Source: an uncultured Bacteroides sp.
GTDB taxonomy: Bacteria > Bacteroidota > Bacteroidia > Bacteroidales > Bacteroidaceae
Direction of reading: 5' to 3'
Assembly: GCF_963677715.2 (NCBI RefSeq)
Contig: NZ_CAXXKL010000003.1
Span: forward strand, 720,044-784,043
DNA length: 64,000 nt
Shown here: piece by piece, positions 48,565-61,300 of the stretch
Numbering within the stretch: position 1 is the stretch's first letter
Layout: each line of letters begins with the position of its first letter
The notes under the pieces: generated by a model
Database searches by the model: none
What the model saw: only the letters and a program-made list of their open reading frames with translations
Told to the model about the DNA's origin: nothing
Translations under genes and position numbers: made by a program

Positions 48565-50553
48565 TTATTTGGCGGATTTTGTGAATTTATAAACAGTAAA
48601 CGTATAAGGCTCCAATTCTGCATCCAGTGCCCTGTCATAAACGGAAACCGATGTTGTTTCCGGAACGATGGCAAATGGATGCTCTATCGTATTGTCACTA
48701 TCAAGGTCGGAAGAATGCAGTTTAATGCAAATGCCATTTGTCAGCTCATCCTGTCTCTTTAATCCGGCAAAGGTTAGTGGAACCCGTAGCGTTTTATCGG
48801 TAGTATTTATTACTTTCACAATATACGAATGCGTCGGTCCGTCCCACACCGCGCTGGCAAAAAGTCCGTCTTGTCCCTCCGCACCCGTAACCGGCTTCCC
48901 GTTCATCGTCAAAGAAATAACGTTAGTCCCTTTATTTTGTGCATACAGTTGCTGCACATAGTAGCTTACCGTACGAACAGCGTTCAGGTTATCAAACCAA
49001 ATCATGTCCGGACGCCATTGCCACCCGTCCACATGCGCAAACAGAGGAGCATACGTTGCCATCTGCACCACATCGGCATTACGTTCCATCCCCGTCATAA
49101 AAGCGGCTTCCAGTAAAGAAGCATAAAAATGATTCCATTTTTTTCCTTTGCCGTGGCAGGCATATTCTCCGGCAAAAACCTTCGGCCCCTTACGGTCGTA
49201 ATTGTCGTAGCGTGCCCCCTGACTAAGGAACCAACTTTCCGGACGATAAAAATGTTCGTCCACCAAATCCACTTTCAACCGCTTCATCTCCGGCCAGAGA
49301 TATTCAAACTGCTTTCCTTCAGAGTCGGGACCCGAACTGCCGACTATTTTAATTTCGGGATGAGCCTTGCGGATGGCTTTTACAAACAACTCGAGACGCG
49401 CAGGATACTCCGGCCCCCACTGCTCATTTCCTATCCCGATAAATTTCAGATGGAAAGAGGCCGGATGCCCCATTGCGGCACGTTTTCTCCCCCAGACAGA
49501 GGTTGTATCCCCGTTAGCAAACTCAATCAGATCGAGTGCATCCTGAATGTAACTTCCCAATTCCTCGACAGGCACATGTGCCTTCGGGTCGGTATTTTGA
49601 AACTGGCAGGCCAGTCCGCAACTTACGATAGGCAGAGGTGCGGCTCCTATTTCCTCGGACAATAAGAAATATTCGTAAAAGCCCAATCCGTAACTCTGAT
49701 AATAATCAGGGAAAAAGCGATGCGGAAAGGTATATTGCCAGCGATTCTCATTCAACGGACGATTCTCTACCGGCCCTATACTGTTTTTCCAATTGTAACG
49801 GGTGTTCAAATCAGTACCTTCCACAATGCATCCGCCGGGAAAGCGGAACACTCCCGGATGAATATCGGCCAGGGCTTGTGCCAAATCCTTACGCAGGCCG
49901 TTCTCATGACCCTTCCATGTATCTACGGGGAATAGTGAAATATGTTCAAGATCGATAGGCCCCTGAGAAGCCAGAAAGATGCGAAGCGTTGATTTAGCTT
50001 CGGTCATATCCGGTTTCAGCATCACCTGATACTTTTTCCACTCTTTGGAATCAATCGTTAACTCCTGCGTGGCAAATGCTTGTCTTTCGGCATTAGAGTT
50101 CGTCTTTACCAACTCTATACGAATTTTTCCGGCAGTTCCTCCCTCAGGCAAACGCGCCCATACGGAAAAGCGATACTCTTCACCACTCTTTACGCCTATT
50201 CCGAAGAAACCTTCGTTATCCAAACCGGTATGCTTTTGCGGATGCCCCGGATAGGACAACCTGACGTAATGCGGGTTACGTTCGAAAGGACCATCATCCT
50301 GCACACTGACTTTTCCAAAGGTTTTCCACCCCATCAGGTGTTGAGGGAACTCAAACGAACGGTTCTTTACCAGTTCGGCATACAGTCCGCCGTCGGCTGC
50401 ATAATTAATATCCTCAAAAAAGAGTCCGTACATGGTCGGCTGAATCTCTGCACCCAGCTTTTTTGTTTGAATAACCAGTTCATTGGTTTGTGCAGCCAAC
50501 GAAAGTGCGGCCGATAACACCCATGCCGTAAATAAGGTTCTGCGTATTCTCAT
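48565..50553 (-). CDS. GH51 alpha-L-arabinofuranosidase
   Basis: GLFFEDINYAADGGLYAE, RFPGGC, GNEQWG, DEHFY, GEYA, YAPLF. Start moved to ATG 50553 (signal peptide). Confidence 0.95.
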   Translation of the reverse strand: MRIRRTLFTAWVLSAALSLAAQTNELVIQTKKLGAEIQPTMYGLFFEDINYAADGGLYAELVKNRSFEFPQHLMGWKTFGKVSVQDDGPFERNPHYVRLSYPGHPQKHTGLDNEGFFGIGVKSGEEYRFSVWARLPEGGTAGKIRIELVKTNSNAERQAFATQELTIDSKEWKKYQVMLKPDMTEAKSTLRIFLASQGPIDLEHISLFPVDTWKGHENGLRKDLAQALADIHPGVFRFPGGCIVEGTDLNTRYNWKNSIGPVENRPLNENRWQYTFPHRFFPDYYQSYGLGFYEYFLLSEEIGAAPLPIVSCGLACQFQNTDPKAHVPVEELGSYIQDALDLIEFANGDTTSVWGRKRAAMGHPASFHLKFIGIGNEQWGPEYPARLELFVKAIRKAHPEIKIVGSSGPDSEGKQFEYLWPEMKRLKVDLVDEHFYRPESWFLSQGARYDNYDRKGPKVFAGEYACHGKGKKWNHFYASLLEAAFMTGMERNADVVQMATYAPLFAHVDGWQWRPDMIWFDNLNAVRTVSYYVQQLYAQNKGTNVISLTMNGKPVTGAEGQDGLFASAVWDGPTHSYIVKVINTTDKTLRVPLTFAGLKRQDELTNGICIKLHSSDLDSDNTIEHPFAIVPETTSVSVYDRALDAELEPYTFTVYKFTKSAK

Positions 50554-50591
50554 GGTTTTCTGATTTAATATATAGATTATGTATATCGTAT

Positions 50592-52076
50592 TCACTTCAC
50601 TAACTTTCCCCAAACAGAACGACCGGTACTATCCAATCCGGTAAAAAGAATTGTTTCCGTTGCGTTTTCCCAATCGTGTCCCGCAAAGATAATCAGATTT
50701 TTAACAACTTCATCTCCTAATTTAATTTCCAACAATTGTTTGTCACTGTTAAAAATCCAACTGCCCTTATCACTCACTGTTCCGTCCTTCTTTAAATAAT
50801 AATGAGAAGATAAATTTTGCTCATTCTCTTTTAAACGTACATCTCCCTGCTGTATTTGCCCTGCTTCCAGATTTCTTTCATGTTGAGGCTCTTTTATACG
50901 TATTATTTCCCACTTTCCAACCAGATCGGCATGCTGAAACTTATGAGTCAGACTGGCTGCATAACGTTCGGGTGAAACGACAGGCCATCCATCGGCATTA
51001 AAAAAGACTTGCCGCACATGTAACACCATCAACTGATTTTCCGGTGAAAGTCTCGCCTGATGAAACATAAAAAAGCATCCGTTTTCTTCTCTATATACTC
51101 CACAATGACCCGTACCCGCCCATCCTGGATGATGGTCGAACCGATAGGGTGCGGTGAGTATGGGGAAGTTATTCGTTGTATCGGCCAGAACCTGCCCTGT
51201 ATAATCAACAAACGGCCCTTCCGGAGAATCGGAGCGCCCCACGCGTATGTTGTAGGTTGTCATCAACGGATCGTAAGACACAAACAAAAAGTATTTTTTG
51301 AGTTCGGGATTGTAGACTATTTCCGGCGCTTCCAGATTATCTTTTCTATAATTCGCCCTGCGGGCTATTAAGTGCCCTCTGTCCGCCGCTTCTTTGACCA
51401 ACCCTGTTGCCGGATTTAACTGCACACAATACAAACCGCCAAAGAAAGAACCGTAGCACATCCACCATTTCCCCGTATCCGGGTCGGCTATTACACTCGG
51501 ATCAATGGCATTCATGGGAGTATCATCGTTTGTTTTAAGCACACATCCCCTCTGCAACCAAGGCCCTTCGGGACTATCGGATTCTGCCAACCCTATATAC
51601 GAGGCTTTGCGCCCAAAAGCCGAAACACAATAATAGAGCCTGTAAATGCTTTTATATTTAATAATGTATGGAGCCCAAATATTAGTCGCCCCTCTTCCAT
51701 CGGCATTGCTGCGTACCCACTCAACAGCCTCTTGAGGAATTTCGGGAAACGCCCAACCTACAAACTCCCAGTGAACCAGATCTTTTGATCGGCGAACTTG
51801 TATGTAGCCCGGAGGCGCTTGCCTCTCTTTTGTTCTTTCCATCCTTTTAGCATAAATGGCATCTGTAGAATACATGTAATAATAGTCGCCAAACTTTTTA
51901 CAGGCAGGATCGTGCACGTTATAAGTCCCCCACGAACGATAATGCTCCATTCCAGAAAAGGAAGAATAGTCATCTACCCAAGGATTGGGTGAAGAAGAAA
52001 TTTTAAAAAGTGACGGCTTGCTGCAAGAAAGAAGAGTCGCCACACAAATCATGGCAAACAAATAAGGTCTCCGCAT
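50592..52076 (-). CDS. GH43 endo-1,5-alpha-L-arabinanase, lipoprotein
   Basis: VHDP, WAP, NAIDP, GSFFGG, EAP, GTGH, C-terminal LVGKWE domain; lipobox LLS-C. Confidence 0.88.
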   Translation of the reverse strand: MRRPYLFAMICVATLLSCSKPSLFKISSSPNPWVDDYSSFSGMEHYRSWGTYNVHDPACKKFGDYYYMYSTDAIYAKRMERTKERQAPPGYIQVRRSKDLVHWEFVGWAFPEIPQEAVEWVRSNADGRGATNIWAPYIIKYKSIYRLYYCVSAFGRKASYIGLAESDSPEGPWLQRGCVLKTNDDTPMNAIDPSVIADPDTGKWWMCYGSFFGGLYCVQLNPATGLVKEAADRGHLIARRANYRKDNLEAPEIVYNPELKKYFLFVSYDPLMTTYNIRVGRSDSPEGPFVDYTGQVLADTTNNFPILTAPYRFDHHPGWAGTGHCGVYREENGCFFMFHQARLSPENQLMVLHVRQVFFNADGWPVVSPERYAASLTHKFQHADLVGKWEIIRIKEPQHERNLEAGQIQQGDVRLKENEQNLSSHYYLKKDGTVSDKGSWIFNSDKQLLEIKLGDEVVKNLIIFAGHDWENATETILFTGLDSTGRSVWGKLVK

Positions 52077-52107
52077 TGAATTTGCACACATAAAGATGAG
52101 TTTTCTG

Positions 52108-52164
52108 CAAAAATACAGCCACATGGCTATTGGTATGGTGGACTAATGAACATTAATGGTGGAC
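52108..52164 (-). promoter_or_regulatory. Arabinanase promoter with a 21-bp-period HTCS-type operator
   Basis: Minus strand GTCCACCAT twice (52156-52164 and 52135-52143), followed by TATTTTTG (52108-52115). Confidence 0.7.
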
Positions 52165-52255
52165 AATCAGCCTCATCGCCGATAAAAGAAGATTCCTGCT
52201 TTTGGTATTGAACGGGAATCTTATACCTTTGCCTCAACCAATGTATTACAGCTCT

Positions 52256-55200
52256 ATGCGAAGACACTTTATATTTATCCTGTTTTTATATTGTCTCTTT
52301 ACAAACAATTTTCAGATCATGTCTCAAGAGTCATTTGCTTCTCGTTACAATATTAATTACGTAACGATGAGCGATGGGTTACTTCATAATTTTATAGACG
52401 ATTTATATAAAGACAGCTCGGGCTTTCTGTGGGTCTCAACCTCCGGAGGAGGCTTGTCACGATACGACGGATACGAATTTGTGCACTATAATACCGGAAC
52501 GGTACGTACCAAACTAAAAAGTAATTTTATACGCAATTGCTGCGAAGATGCCTTCGGAAGATTATGGATTGTTTCGGAAGGTGGAACCGATATTCTTGAT
52601 CTTTCTATGCTACAATTGGTGGTTCCGGCAGTTGTACCTCCACTAAACAGCCATTTATTGAGTGATATTTTAAACAAACCGAGCGTACGTGTCATTAAAG
52701 ATACCCAAAACAACATCTGGCTATGCAGTGAGAACTCTTTATATAAAATAACATTCGATAAAAAGGGAAATATCAATCACATTTTCACACTCTCTTCCAT
52801 ACCTTTGGTTATACCATCCGTCGCTTTGCAAGATGTTGACGAAGACGGTAATATATGGATAGGTCTGGGCAATGAAGTGTGCAAACTTACTACAACCCAA
52901 AACAACAAATTAAAAGCAACACTCATCTCGCCCAGGCTTAGATTTGAACCTGGTACGTTCATCTCTTCTTTTAAATCAAAAGAAAACGAAGTTTGGATAG
53001 GTACGGACAGAGGTCTCTATAGGTATAATCAAAGCGAAGACCTACTGAAACGTTATTTGCATATAGCCGACAACAATCGTTCGCTGTCTCAAAATTACAT
53101 TACCGATTTGGCTGTAACAACCGATAAGCAACTCATTGTAGCGACGTTAAAAGGAGCCAACATTTACAACCCAACCACGGATGATTTTGAGCACATAACT
53201 CAAGAGAGTATATCAACGGGAAGTAGGCTGAACAGTAATTTCCTTAATTGTTTGTTAATCGACGGAGATATTATATGGTATGGCACCGAAACGGGAGGAA
53301 TCAACAAAATGACTCCTCGAAGACTCTCCGTACGAAATTATATTTATCAGCGAGATGATCCGTTCAGCCTTTCAAGGAATCCGGTTAATTCGGTGTACGA
53401 AGATTCCAAAGGAAACTTATGGGTAGGAACCGTAGAGGGAGGATTAAACAAAAAGGTTAAAGGCAAGAACAAGTTCGATCATTATACGGTAGAATCGGCC
53501 TCAAGACTGAGTCACAACACCGTTAGTGCAATAACCGAGGATAATCAAAACAGACTTTGGGTAGGCACATGGGGAGGTGGCATTAATTTGTTCGACCTTA
53601 ACCACACTCAGCAACCGGTAATGCAATATATCGCTACGCAAAACCATCCAGAACTACCCATCGACTTTATAGGTTCACTATGCTACGACCCTATAAATAA
53701 AGGCATGTGGATAGGTGCCAACCAGGGTCTTTTCTTTTATGATTTTGCCAACAAGCGTTTTATGTCTCCTTTAGCCAACAAAGTTAGTGACAATATACAT
53801 GGATATGTCGGAGCTATTATTGACCAAAACGGACAATTATGGATGGGATGCATGGAAGGGCTTCTTATTATCGACTTGCACTCCTATAAAAACGGGCATT
53901 TTACTTATAAACATTTAACGCATAAATTAGACGAGCCAAACTCACATCTGCTTGAAAAAATCACTTGTTTTTATCTTACAAAAGATGGCACTCTTTGGCT
54001 TGGAAGTAATGGCTACGGAGTGTATAAACGCATCATAACAGGTAAGAAGTCGTACAAATTCGTGGCATATACCACCGCCCAGGGATTGTGCAACAATAGC
54101 ATTCGCGGCATCTTGGAAGATGGTAAAGGACGAATATGGATCAGTACCAACAACGGACTATCATGTTATGATAAAACGGCCAATCAATTTACCAACTTTA
54201 CAACGGATGACGGACTGGCCAGTAACCAATTCTACTGGAATGCCTATTATAAATCTCAGGACGGGTCTCTTTATTTCGGAGGATTGAACGGATTGGTCTC
54301 TATTAGTACAAACCGCCCGCAAACCAAAAAAACATCGACTAAAGTAACGCTGACCAAACTAAAAATTGTAAACGAAGAAGTGCTACCGGGAAGCCGCTAT
54401 ATAGACAAAGATATTTCCATTTCCCGAACCATTCATCTGCACGAAAAAGACAAGTCTTTCTCATTAGAGTTTTCGGCTATGAATTTTGATCCGCAAACCA
54501 CCGCCGTCTACAGCTATCGCTTGCTCGGATTTGATGATCACTGGGTGGAAGTTCCGGCCAACCGCCGTTTTGCCAGTTACACTAATCTGCAACCCGGAAC
54601 CTATAAATTTCAGGTAAAATATGCAGTAGAGGGAAACGTTGCCGAAAGTCCTGTTACGGAATTAGAAGTCGTTGTAGCTCCTTTCTTTTACAAAACCACC
54701 TGGTTCCTTTTTCTACTAATTCTATTTGTATTGGGCGGAGTGTATCAAATCTATAAATGGCGCATCAAAACACTACAACACCAAAAACAATTGCTTCACC
54801 AAACAGTAGAGGAGCGCACCCACGAGCTGGAACAGCAGAAAGAAATATTAGAAAACCAAACCATAGCGCTATCCCGGCAAAACGACATGCTGACACAGCA
54901 GAATGAAAAGATAACCAAGCAAAAAACACAACTCATACGTATGTCGAAAAAAGTACAAGAGTTAACCATGGACAAGCTTGCTTTCTTCACTAACATCACA
55001 CACGAATTCCGCACACCCATAACTCTCATCATAGGGCCCATAGAGCGGGCCATGAAGTTGAGTTCCAACCCTCAGGTAATAGAACAGCTTCACTTTGTAG
55101 AGAGAAATTCAAAATACCTGTTATCACTGGTCAACCAATTAATGGATTTCAGAAAGATAGAATCGGGCAAGCTGGAAATTGTAAAATCAAAAGGAGATTT

Positions 55201-56538
55201 CTTGAAATTCATCGATTCACTCATCGTTCCGTTCGAAATTTTTGCCGGAGAGCGGGCAATAACAATCCGCAAATGCTACCGGATTAGTTCACCCGAGTTT
55301 CAGTACGACGAAGATGCTATGCATAAAGTGATTACCAATCTGCTCTCTAATGCCATAAAGTTCACCCCGAACGGAGGAACAGTAACACTGTATGCAACTT
55401 CCGTTATAAAGAAAGAAACAGGCAAAGAACAACTCTATGTATGCGTTAAAGACTCCGGCACGGGAATAACCGAAGAAGACCTAGAAAGAGTATTTAACCG
55501 CTTTTATCAGTCAAGAAACCATGTGAAATTCCCTGTTTACGGACAAAGCGGCACAGGCATTGGCTTGTATTTGTGCAAACGCATTGTTCAGCTGCACGGA
55601 GGTACTATCAAAGCACGCAATAATCGGCAAGGTGGATGCTCATTCAGAATGTTGTTGCCACTAATACGCAAAGAGGACAGTGCACATGAAACGCTCATAG
55701 AAAGCACCGATAATCAGGCAATGCCACCCTCTACAGAGAGACAAAAGTCTTGTCTGCAGGCCATACCCGGCAAACTAACAATGCTGGTGGTTGAAGATAA
55801 CAAGGATATGCGGGGATATATACGCTCTATTTTAATGGATAATTACCATGTTGTAGAAGCGGAAAATGGTGCCGAAGCACTTTCCGTTTTGAAAGAATGC
55901 AATGTTGATTTCATCATCAGCGATTTGATGATGCCCGTCATGGATGGCATCGAATTATCACATAAAGTAAAAGAAAACTTCACCATATCTCACATTCCTT
56001 TTCTGATGCTCACCGCCAAAACATCTAACGAAGCCCGCATAGAAAGCTTTCGCATCGGAGTAGACGAATATCTGCTAAAACCTTTCGATGAAGAGCTGCT
56101 ATTGACACGAATAAAAAATATTCTGGAAAACAGGAAACGGTATCAGCGTCAATTTTCTTATAACATGGAAGTAAATGTATTACAGATAGACGAAGAATCC
56201 AATGATAAAAAGTTTCTGGATAAAATAATGGAGGTAATTAAAGAAAACTATAAAAATTCGTACTATGAAGTGAGTGATTTGATAGAAGCGATGGAGTGAG
56301 TAAAAGCCTGCTCAACAAAAAAATGCAAAATCTCACCGGGCAATCCAGCGGACAGTTCATCCGTAATTACCGTCTCAACATTGCCCGCGAATTAATATTA
56401 AAAAACCGCGTTACAAAAAACATGAATATATCCGAAATTGCCTACGAAGTAGGATTCAACGACCCGAAATACTTCACCCGCTGTTTTACCAGACATTTTA
56501 ATATCCCTCCCAGCAGTTTATTGGAAGATAGCCATTAA
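52256..56538 (+). pseudogene. Hybrid two-component sensor-regulator, frameshifted at the start of the AraC domain
   Basis: Propeller, Y_Y_Y, TM, HEFRTP, NAIKFT, GTGIGL and REC domain, then ATGGAGTGA at 56291. One extra G restores M-G-V-SKSLLNKK and joins the 56296-56538 HTH frame. Confidence 0.88.
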
Positions 56539-56680
56539 AGCATACAACAATTTTTGCTGACCTTTCTAACGCCAATATAGCCTATATAAAAGGCGAATTC
56601 ACGGCTGTTTATTTATCCAAAACAAACAGAAAAATCAAAGAAAAAAAGTGCTCAAAAAAAAGTGTATAAAATACGCTTTT

Positions 56681-56736
56681 ATCCACCCCAAAAATTCATT
56701 TGTCCACTATTAAAACACATCCTCCACTTATATTTG
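56681..56736 (+). promoter_or_regulatory. Promoter of the SGBP-SusCD operon with the same HTCS-type operator
   Basis: ATCCAC at 56681 and GTCCAC at 56702 (21-bp period), TATATTTG at 56729. Confidence 0.7.
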
Positions 56737-56783
56737 CAACGTAAAGTTCACGTATTTTACTCTTAAACCCAAAAATCTGCATT

Positions 56784-58361
56784 ATGAAAACAAGAAAGTG
56801 GCCGTTATTCTTTACAGCGGCAATTGTATTTTTCTGCTTCTGTTCCTGCCAGGAATGGAATCAATGGGATGAACCTTCCGGCAATCAGGCAATACCGATA
56901 CCTGAACCACCGGTCGATAACTCGGCTAAACTGGTGGCCAAATTCACTTTCGAAAACAACTTAGTAAATTCACTGGACGCCACTTCACAAGGCGAGGCGC
57001 TGGCTCAGCCAAGCGGAACAAGACCCTCCTTTGAAGAAAACACAGAGCGAGGCGGAACTGTTTTGCACCAATACTTTGGCTATAACGATGGCTCTTCAAT
57101 TAGTTACACAAAGTTCGATAATCCTTTAAAAGGAATAGAAGACCTCTACGGAGCATCCGTTTCCTTGTGGGTAAAACGAACGGATGACAATGTTTGGGAT
57201 GCCATCTGGTCGTTTTTTGACGAAGACACTTCGGACGGAGTAGACGGACGGGTATATCTCACCCCGAATGCCTATCTAGGTTTTAACGCAACCGGTGGAT
57301 TTTTTGATTGCAACTGGTCCGATAATGTAACAAATGCCATTGCCGTAAATGAATGGAACATGGTAACAGTAACCATTGATGTTACAGGATTCAATATCTA
57401 CGTAAACGGCAAGTTGCTTTACAACATTAATAATCAATTGGCCTGGAATGCAACAGACGGACTTTCGGCAACAAAATTCGGTTACCAGAATGTTATCAAC
57501 CTGATTAAATCATCGCCTTATTTTTATTTAGGTTATGGTTCATGGTGGGGATCGGCCGATCTATTGATGGATGATTTACTTATATATAAGGGAGCATTGA
57601 CAGAAACAGAAGTTTCTGCCTTATACGATTCTTATTCGGGATTAGTAGCTTATTATAATTTTGAGAGTAATTTAACCAACGTGGTTAATGAAACATCCGT
57701 AGGAGAAGCCATGAAGCAATCGGCTGGTACGCTTCCCGGTTTCGAAGAGAATGATGCTCGGGGAAGTACCGTGCTTCATCAGTACTTCGGATACAATGAT
57801 GCTTCATCCATTAGTTATACAAAATTCGACAACCCATTAAAAGATAAAGATATTATCGGAGCAACAATCTCTCTATGGATAAACAGAATAGACGATAATG
57901 TTTGGGATGCTATCTGGTCATTTTTGGACGAAGACGACACGGACGGAGTGAACGGACGGGTTTATCTGACGCCGAATGCTTATTTGGGTTTTAACGGAAC
58001 CGGTGGATTTTTCGACTGCAACTGGCCGGACAATGTAACAAATGCAATAAGTGTGGGAGCATGGAATATGGTGACCGTAACGCTTGACATTAATGGCTTT
58101 GGCATCTATATAAACGGTACAAAGGTATATGATAAGACGACGCAACTCGCATGGAATGGCGACGGCATTGCCCCTACCGATTTCGATTATTCGCATGTAA
58201 TCAATATATTAAAATCGGCCTCCAATTTTTATTTGGGATATGGCTCTTGGTGGGGCTCGGCTAACCTGCTAATGGATGACTTGATGATTTATAATCACGC
58301 ATTATCTGATAAAGAAATTTCAGAATTATACACCGCAAGTAAACCGGAGGTGAACCCCTAA
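56784..58361 (+). CDS. Surface glycan-binding lipoprotein with two tandem LamG-like domains
   Basis: Lipobox FCS-C; two highly similar 237-aa repeats starting at 56931 and 57642 (W..VT.T, DDL.IY..AL). Confidence 0.85.
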   Translation: MKTRKWPLFFTAAIVFFCFCSCQEWNQWDEPSGNQAIPIPEPPVDNSAKLVAKFTFENNLVNSLDATSQGEALAQPSGTRPSFEENTERGGTVLHQYFGYNDGSSISYTKFDNPLKGIEDLYGASVSLWVKRTDDNVWDAIWSFFDEDTSDGVDGRVYLTPNAYLGFNATGGFFDCNWSDNVTNAIAVNEWNMVTVTIDVTGFNIYVNGKLLYNINNQLAWNATDGLSATKFGYQNVINLIKSSPYFYLGYGSWWGSADLLMDDLLIYKGALTETEVSALYDSYSGLVAYYNFESNLTNVVNETSVGEAMKQSAGTLPGFEENDARGSTVLHQYFGYNDASSISYTKFDNPLKDKDIIGATISLWINRIDDNVWDAIWSFLDEDDTDGVNGRVYLTPNAYLGFNGTGGFFDCNWPDNVTNAISVGAWNMVTVTLDINGFGIYINGTKVYDKTTQLAWNGDGIAPTDFDYSHVINILKSASNFYLGYGSWWGSANLLMDDLMIYNHALSDKEISELYTASKPEVNP

Positions 58362-58383
58362 TACTTATAAAAAACATATTTTT

Positions 58384-61300
58384 ATGAAAGAACAACAGAT
58401 AAATACTAAACATCCGGAAAATATTATCTTCCGGATACTCTTGGTAGCTTTGTTTACCATGCTCTGTCAGTTAACCTATGCACAAAAAAAGGCCGTTTCC
58501 GGTTTGGTAAGAGATACTAAAGGAGAAGTTGTTATTGGAGCCAGCGTACTCGAAGAAGGGACAACAAACGGTACTATAACAGATTTAGACGGAAACTTTA
58601 AACTGAACGTTTCTCCCAAAGCTGTCTTAAAAATCAGCTACATTGGCTATAAAACACAAGAAGTGCCCGTAAACGGAAAATCACTGTTCAATATTATATT
58701 AGCAGAAGATGCCGAAACATTGGAAGAAGTCGTAGTAGTAGGCTATGGCGCGCAGAAGAAAGAAAGTGTGGTGGGTGCCATATCGCAAGTTAGTTCCAAG
58801 GAATTGATGAGATCACCATCGGGCAACATATCGCAGGCTTTGGCAGGTAAAATGCCAGGGGTAATCACCTCTCAAACATCAGGAGCTCCCGGTAGCGATG
58901 ATGCTAAAATATACATCCGCGGACAGGCTTCTTTTGCCGGAGACAATCAACCTCTCATATTAGTAGATGGGGTAGAAAGAGCGTATTCACAGATATCTCC
59001 GGATGATATTGAAAGTATATCCACCTTAAAAGATGCCTCTGCAACTGCCGTATATGGCGTTCGGGGTGCCAATGGTGTTATGTTGATCACAACTAAACGA
59101 GGTAAGGATCAAAAGCCAACAGTCAGTCTCTCTGCAAACTTTCAGGTACAGTCTCCTACTCGTCGAGATACTTATCTGAATTCCTATCAATCGGTAAGTT
59201 TACTGGAAGAGGCTTTGGCTAATGATGGATTACCATCACAATTCTCTCCGTCGGACCTCGAGATGTATAAAAAATCATCTGAAGGGCAACTCTCAGGCAT
59301 TGATGCTATGCTCTACCCCAATGTAGACTGGTACGATTATGTGCTCCGTAAAAATGCTCCCGCACAGCGTTATAACATTAATGTGCAAGGCGGCACTAAA
59401 CGTATGCGCTATTTTGTATCCGGAGAATATTACAATCAACAGGGGCTATTCAAGAACTTTAGCACCGACCAATACGGCAACGCTTCTAATTCGAGTTATC
59501 GGAGATACGCTTTTCGTGCAAATTTAGATTTCTTGCTGACGAAAGACCTGACGGCTTCTCTAAACTTCGGCACACGCTTTGAAGAACGCCGGGGGCCAAA
59601 CTCCAACGAATACAATGCCAATTATAGTGAAGTGTTTTATGAATTAAACCACACGCCTGGATGGTTATTCCCTGTAGCTTATGAGGTAGGCGAAGGTGAA
59701 GACAAACAAATACGTTATGGTGGAAACTCACAAAACCAAAACAACATTGTAGGTCGGTTAGCTAAAGCAGGCTTTTATCGTGCAACAAATACGATAAACG
59801 AAACAAACTTCATAGTCAACTACAAGATGGACTGGCTCACACAAGGTTTATCGGCCAAAGCAATGCTCTCGTTTGATTATGATTCTTATTACCGTCGACT
59901 TTTTACAGCTGACTTTGCAACCTACGAATTGCTGTCTTATGATAATGGCAATTACGATTTTGCACAATACAATACCGATACAGAGTTGGCTTATGACGGA
60001 AACACTCAAACCACTACCATGAAACTCTACATGGAGTATGCGTTAAATTATGCCCGTAAATTCGGCAAACACGATGTGGGAGGGTTGCTACTCTATAACC
60101 AGAACGATTATCGCTATCAGGCCGATTTGGCACAACGTTATCAGGGATTGGTAGGTCGTGTTACGTATGGTTACGATGAGCGCTATCTGGCTGAAGTAAA
60201 CTTTGGCTATAACGGATCGGAGAATTTCATTAAAGGCAAACGTTTCGGTTTCTTCCCTTCATTCTCCGTGGGTTGGAGAATCAGCAATGAAGAATTTATG
60301 AAAAGCACGCAAAAATGGCTGAACAACCTGAAAATACGCGCATCATACGGCGAAGTAGGTAATGATAAGTATTACATAAACGGGGTATTGCAACGCTTCC
60401 TCTACCAACCGGTATGGACTCAGTTGAACAATTCATATACTTTCGGTTCATCAAGCTCTACAGGAGGTATATACGAAAGTCAGTATCCTAACTACACGGT
60501 AACGTGGGAACGGGCCCGAAAATATAACTTAGGAATTGATGCCGGACTTTGGAATGGCTTACTGAGTGCTAACATTGATTTCTTTATGGAAAGGCGCAAA
60601 GACATTCTAACGCCATACCTCACCCGCCCACAATGGGTAGGAGTTAATATGGCTTCAGGAAATTTGGGAGAGACGAAAAATGCAGGATATGAAATTGAGC
60701 TAAAGCATAATTACCATATAGGCAAAGATTTTCAGTATAACGTGGGCCTTACCGTTTCGCACGCTAAAAACAAAATCCTCTCTGAAGACGAACCTGAGGC
60801 CAAGACCGATTATCGCAAACGCGAAGGGCATCCTATTAATCAATATTTCGGTCTGATTTGCGACGGTTTTGTTACTTCTGCCGATCTGGCCAGTCCGGAT
60901 TTTCCCGTATCGACCTTTGGTAATGTGCAAGTAGGAGATTTAAAGTATCGAGATATGAATAAAGACGGATTTATAGATGATCGTGATGAAACATCCATCG
61001 GCTATAGTGATATTCCCGAAAACACCTATGCACTTACTCTGGGTTGCGAATGGAAAGGAATTGGATTTAATGTAATGTTACAGGGCGTTGATCACGTATC
61101 CCGCTATTACGATGCCGAAGCAATGTATGCCTTCGTTAATGGTGGTAAAGTAAAAGAGCATCACCTGAAACGTTGGAATCCCGCTCTTAGCGAAGCTGAG
61201 AATCTCAAAAGCGCAACCTATCCTTTGCTGCATTATGATAATTATGGTAATCACAACCAACGGCAAAATTCTTTTTTCTTGCAAAACGGAGCCTTTCTAC

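Noticed and set aside
56296-56538. Standalone 80-aa AraC gene
   Set aside because: It is the frameshifted C-terminus of the HTCS.
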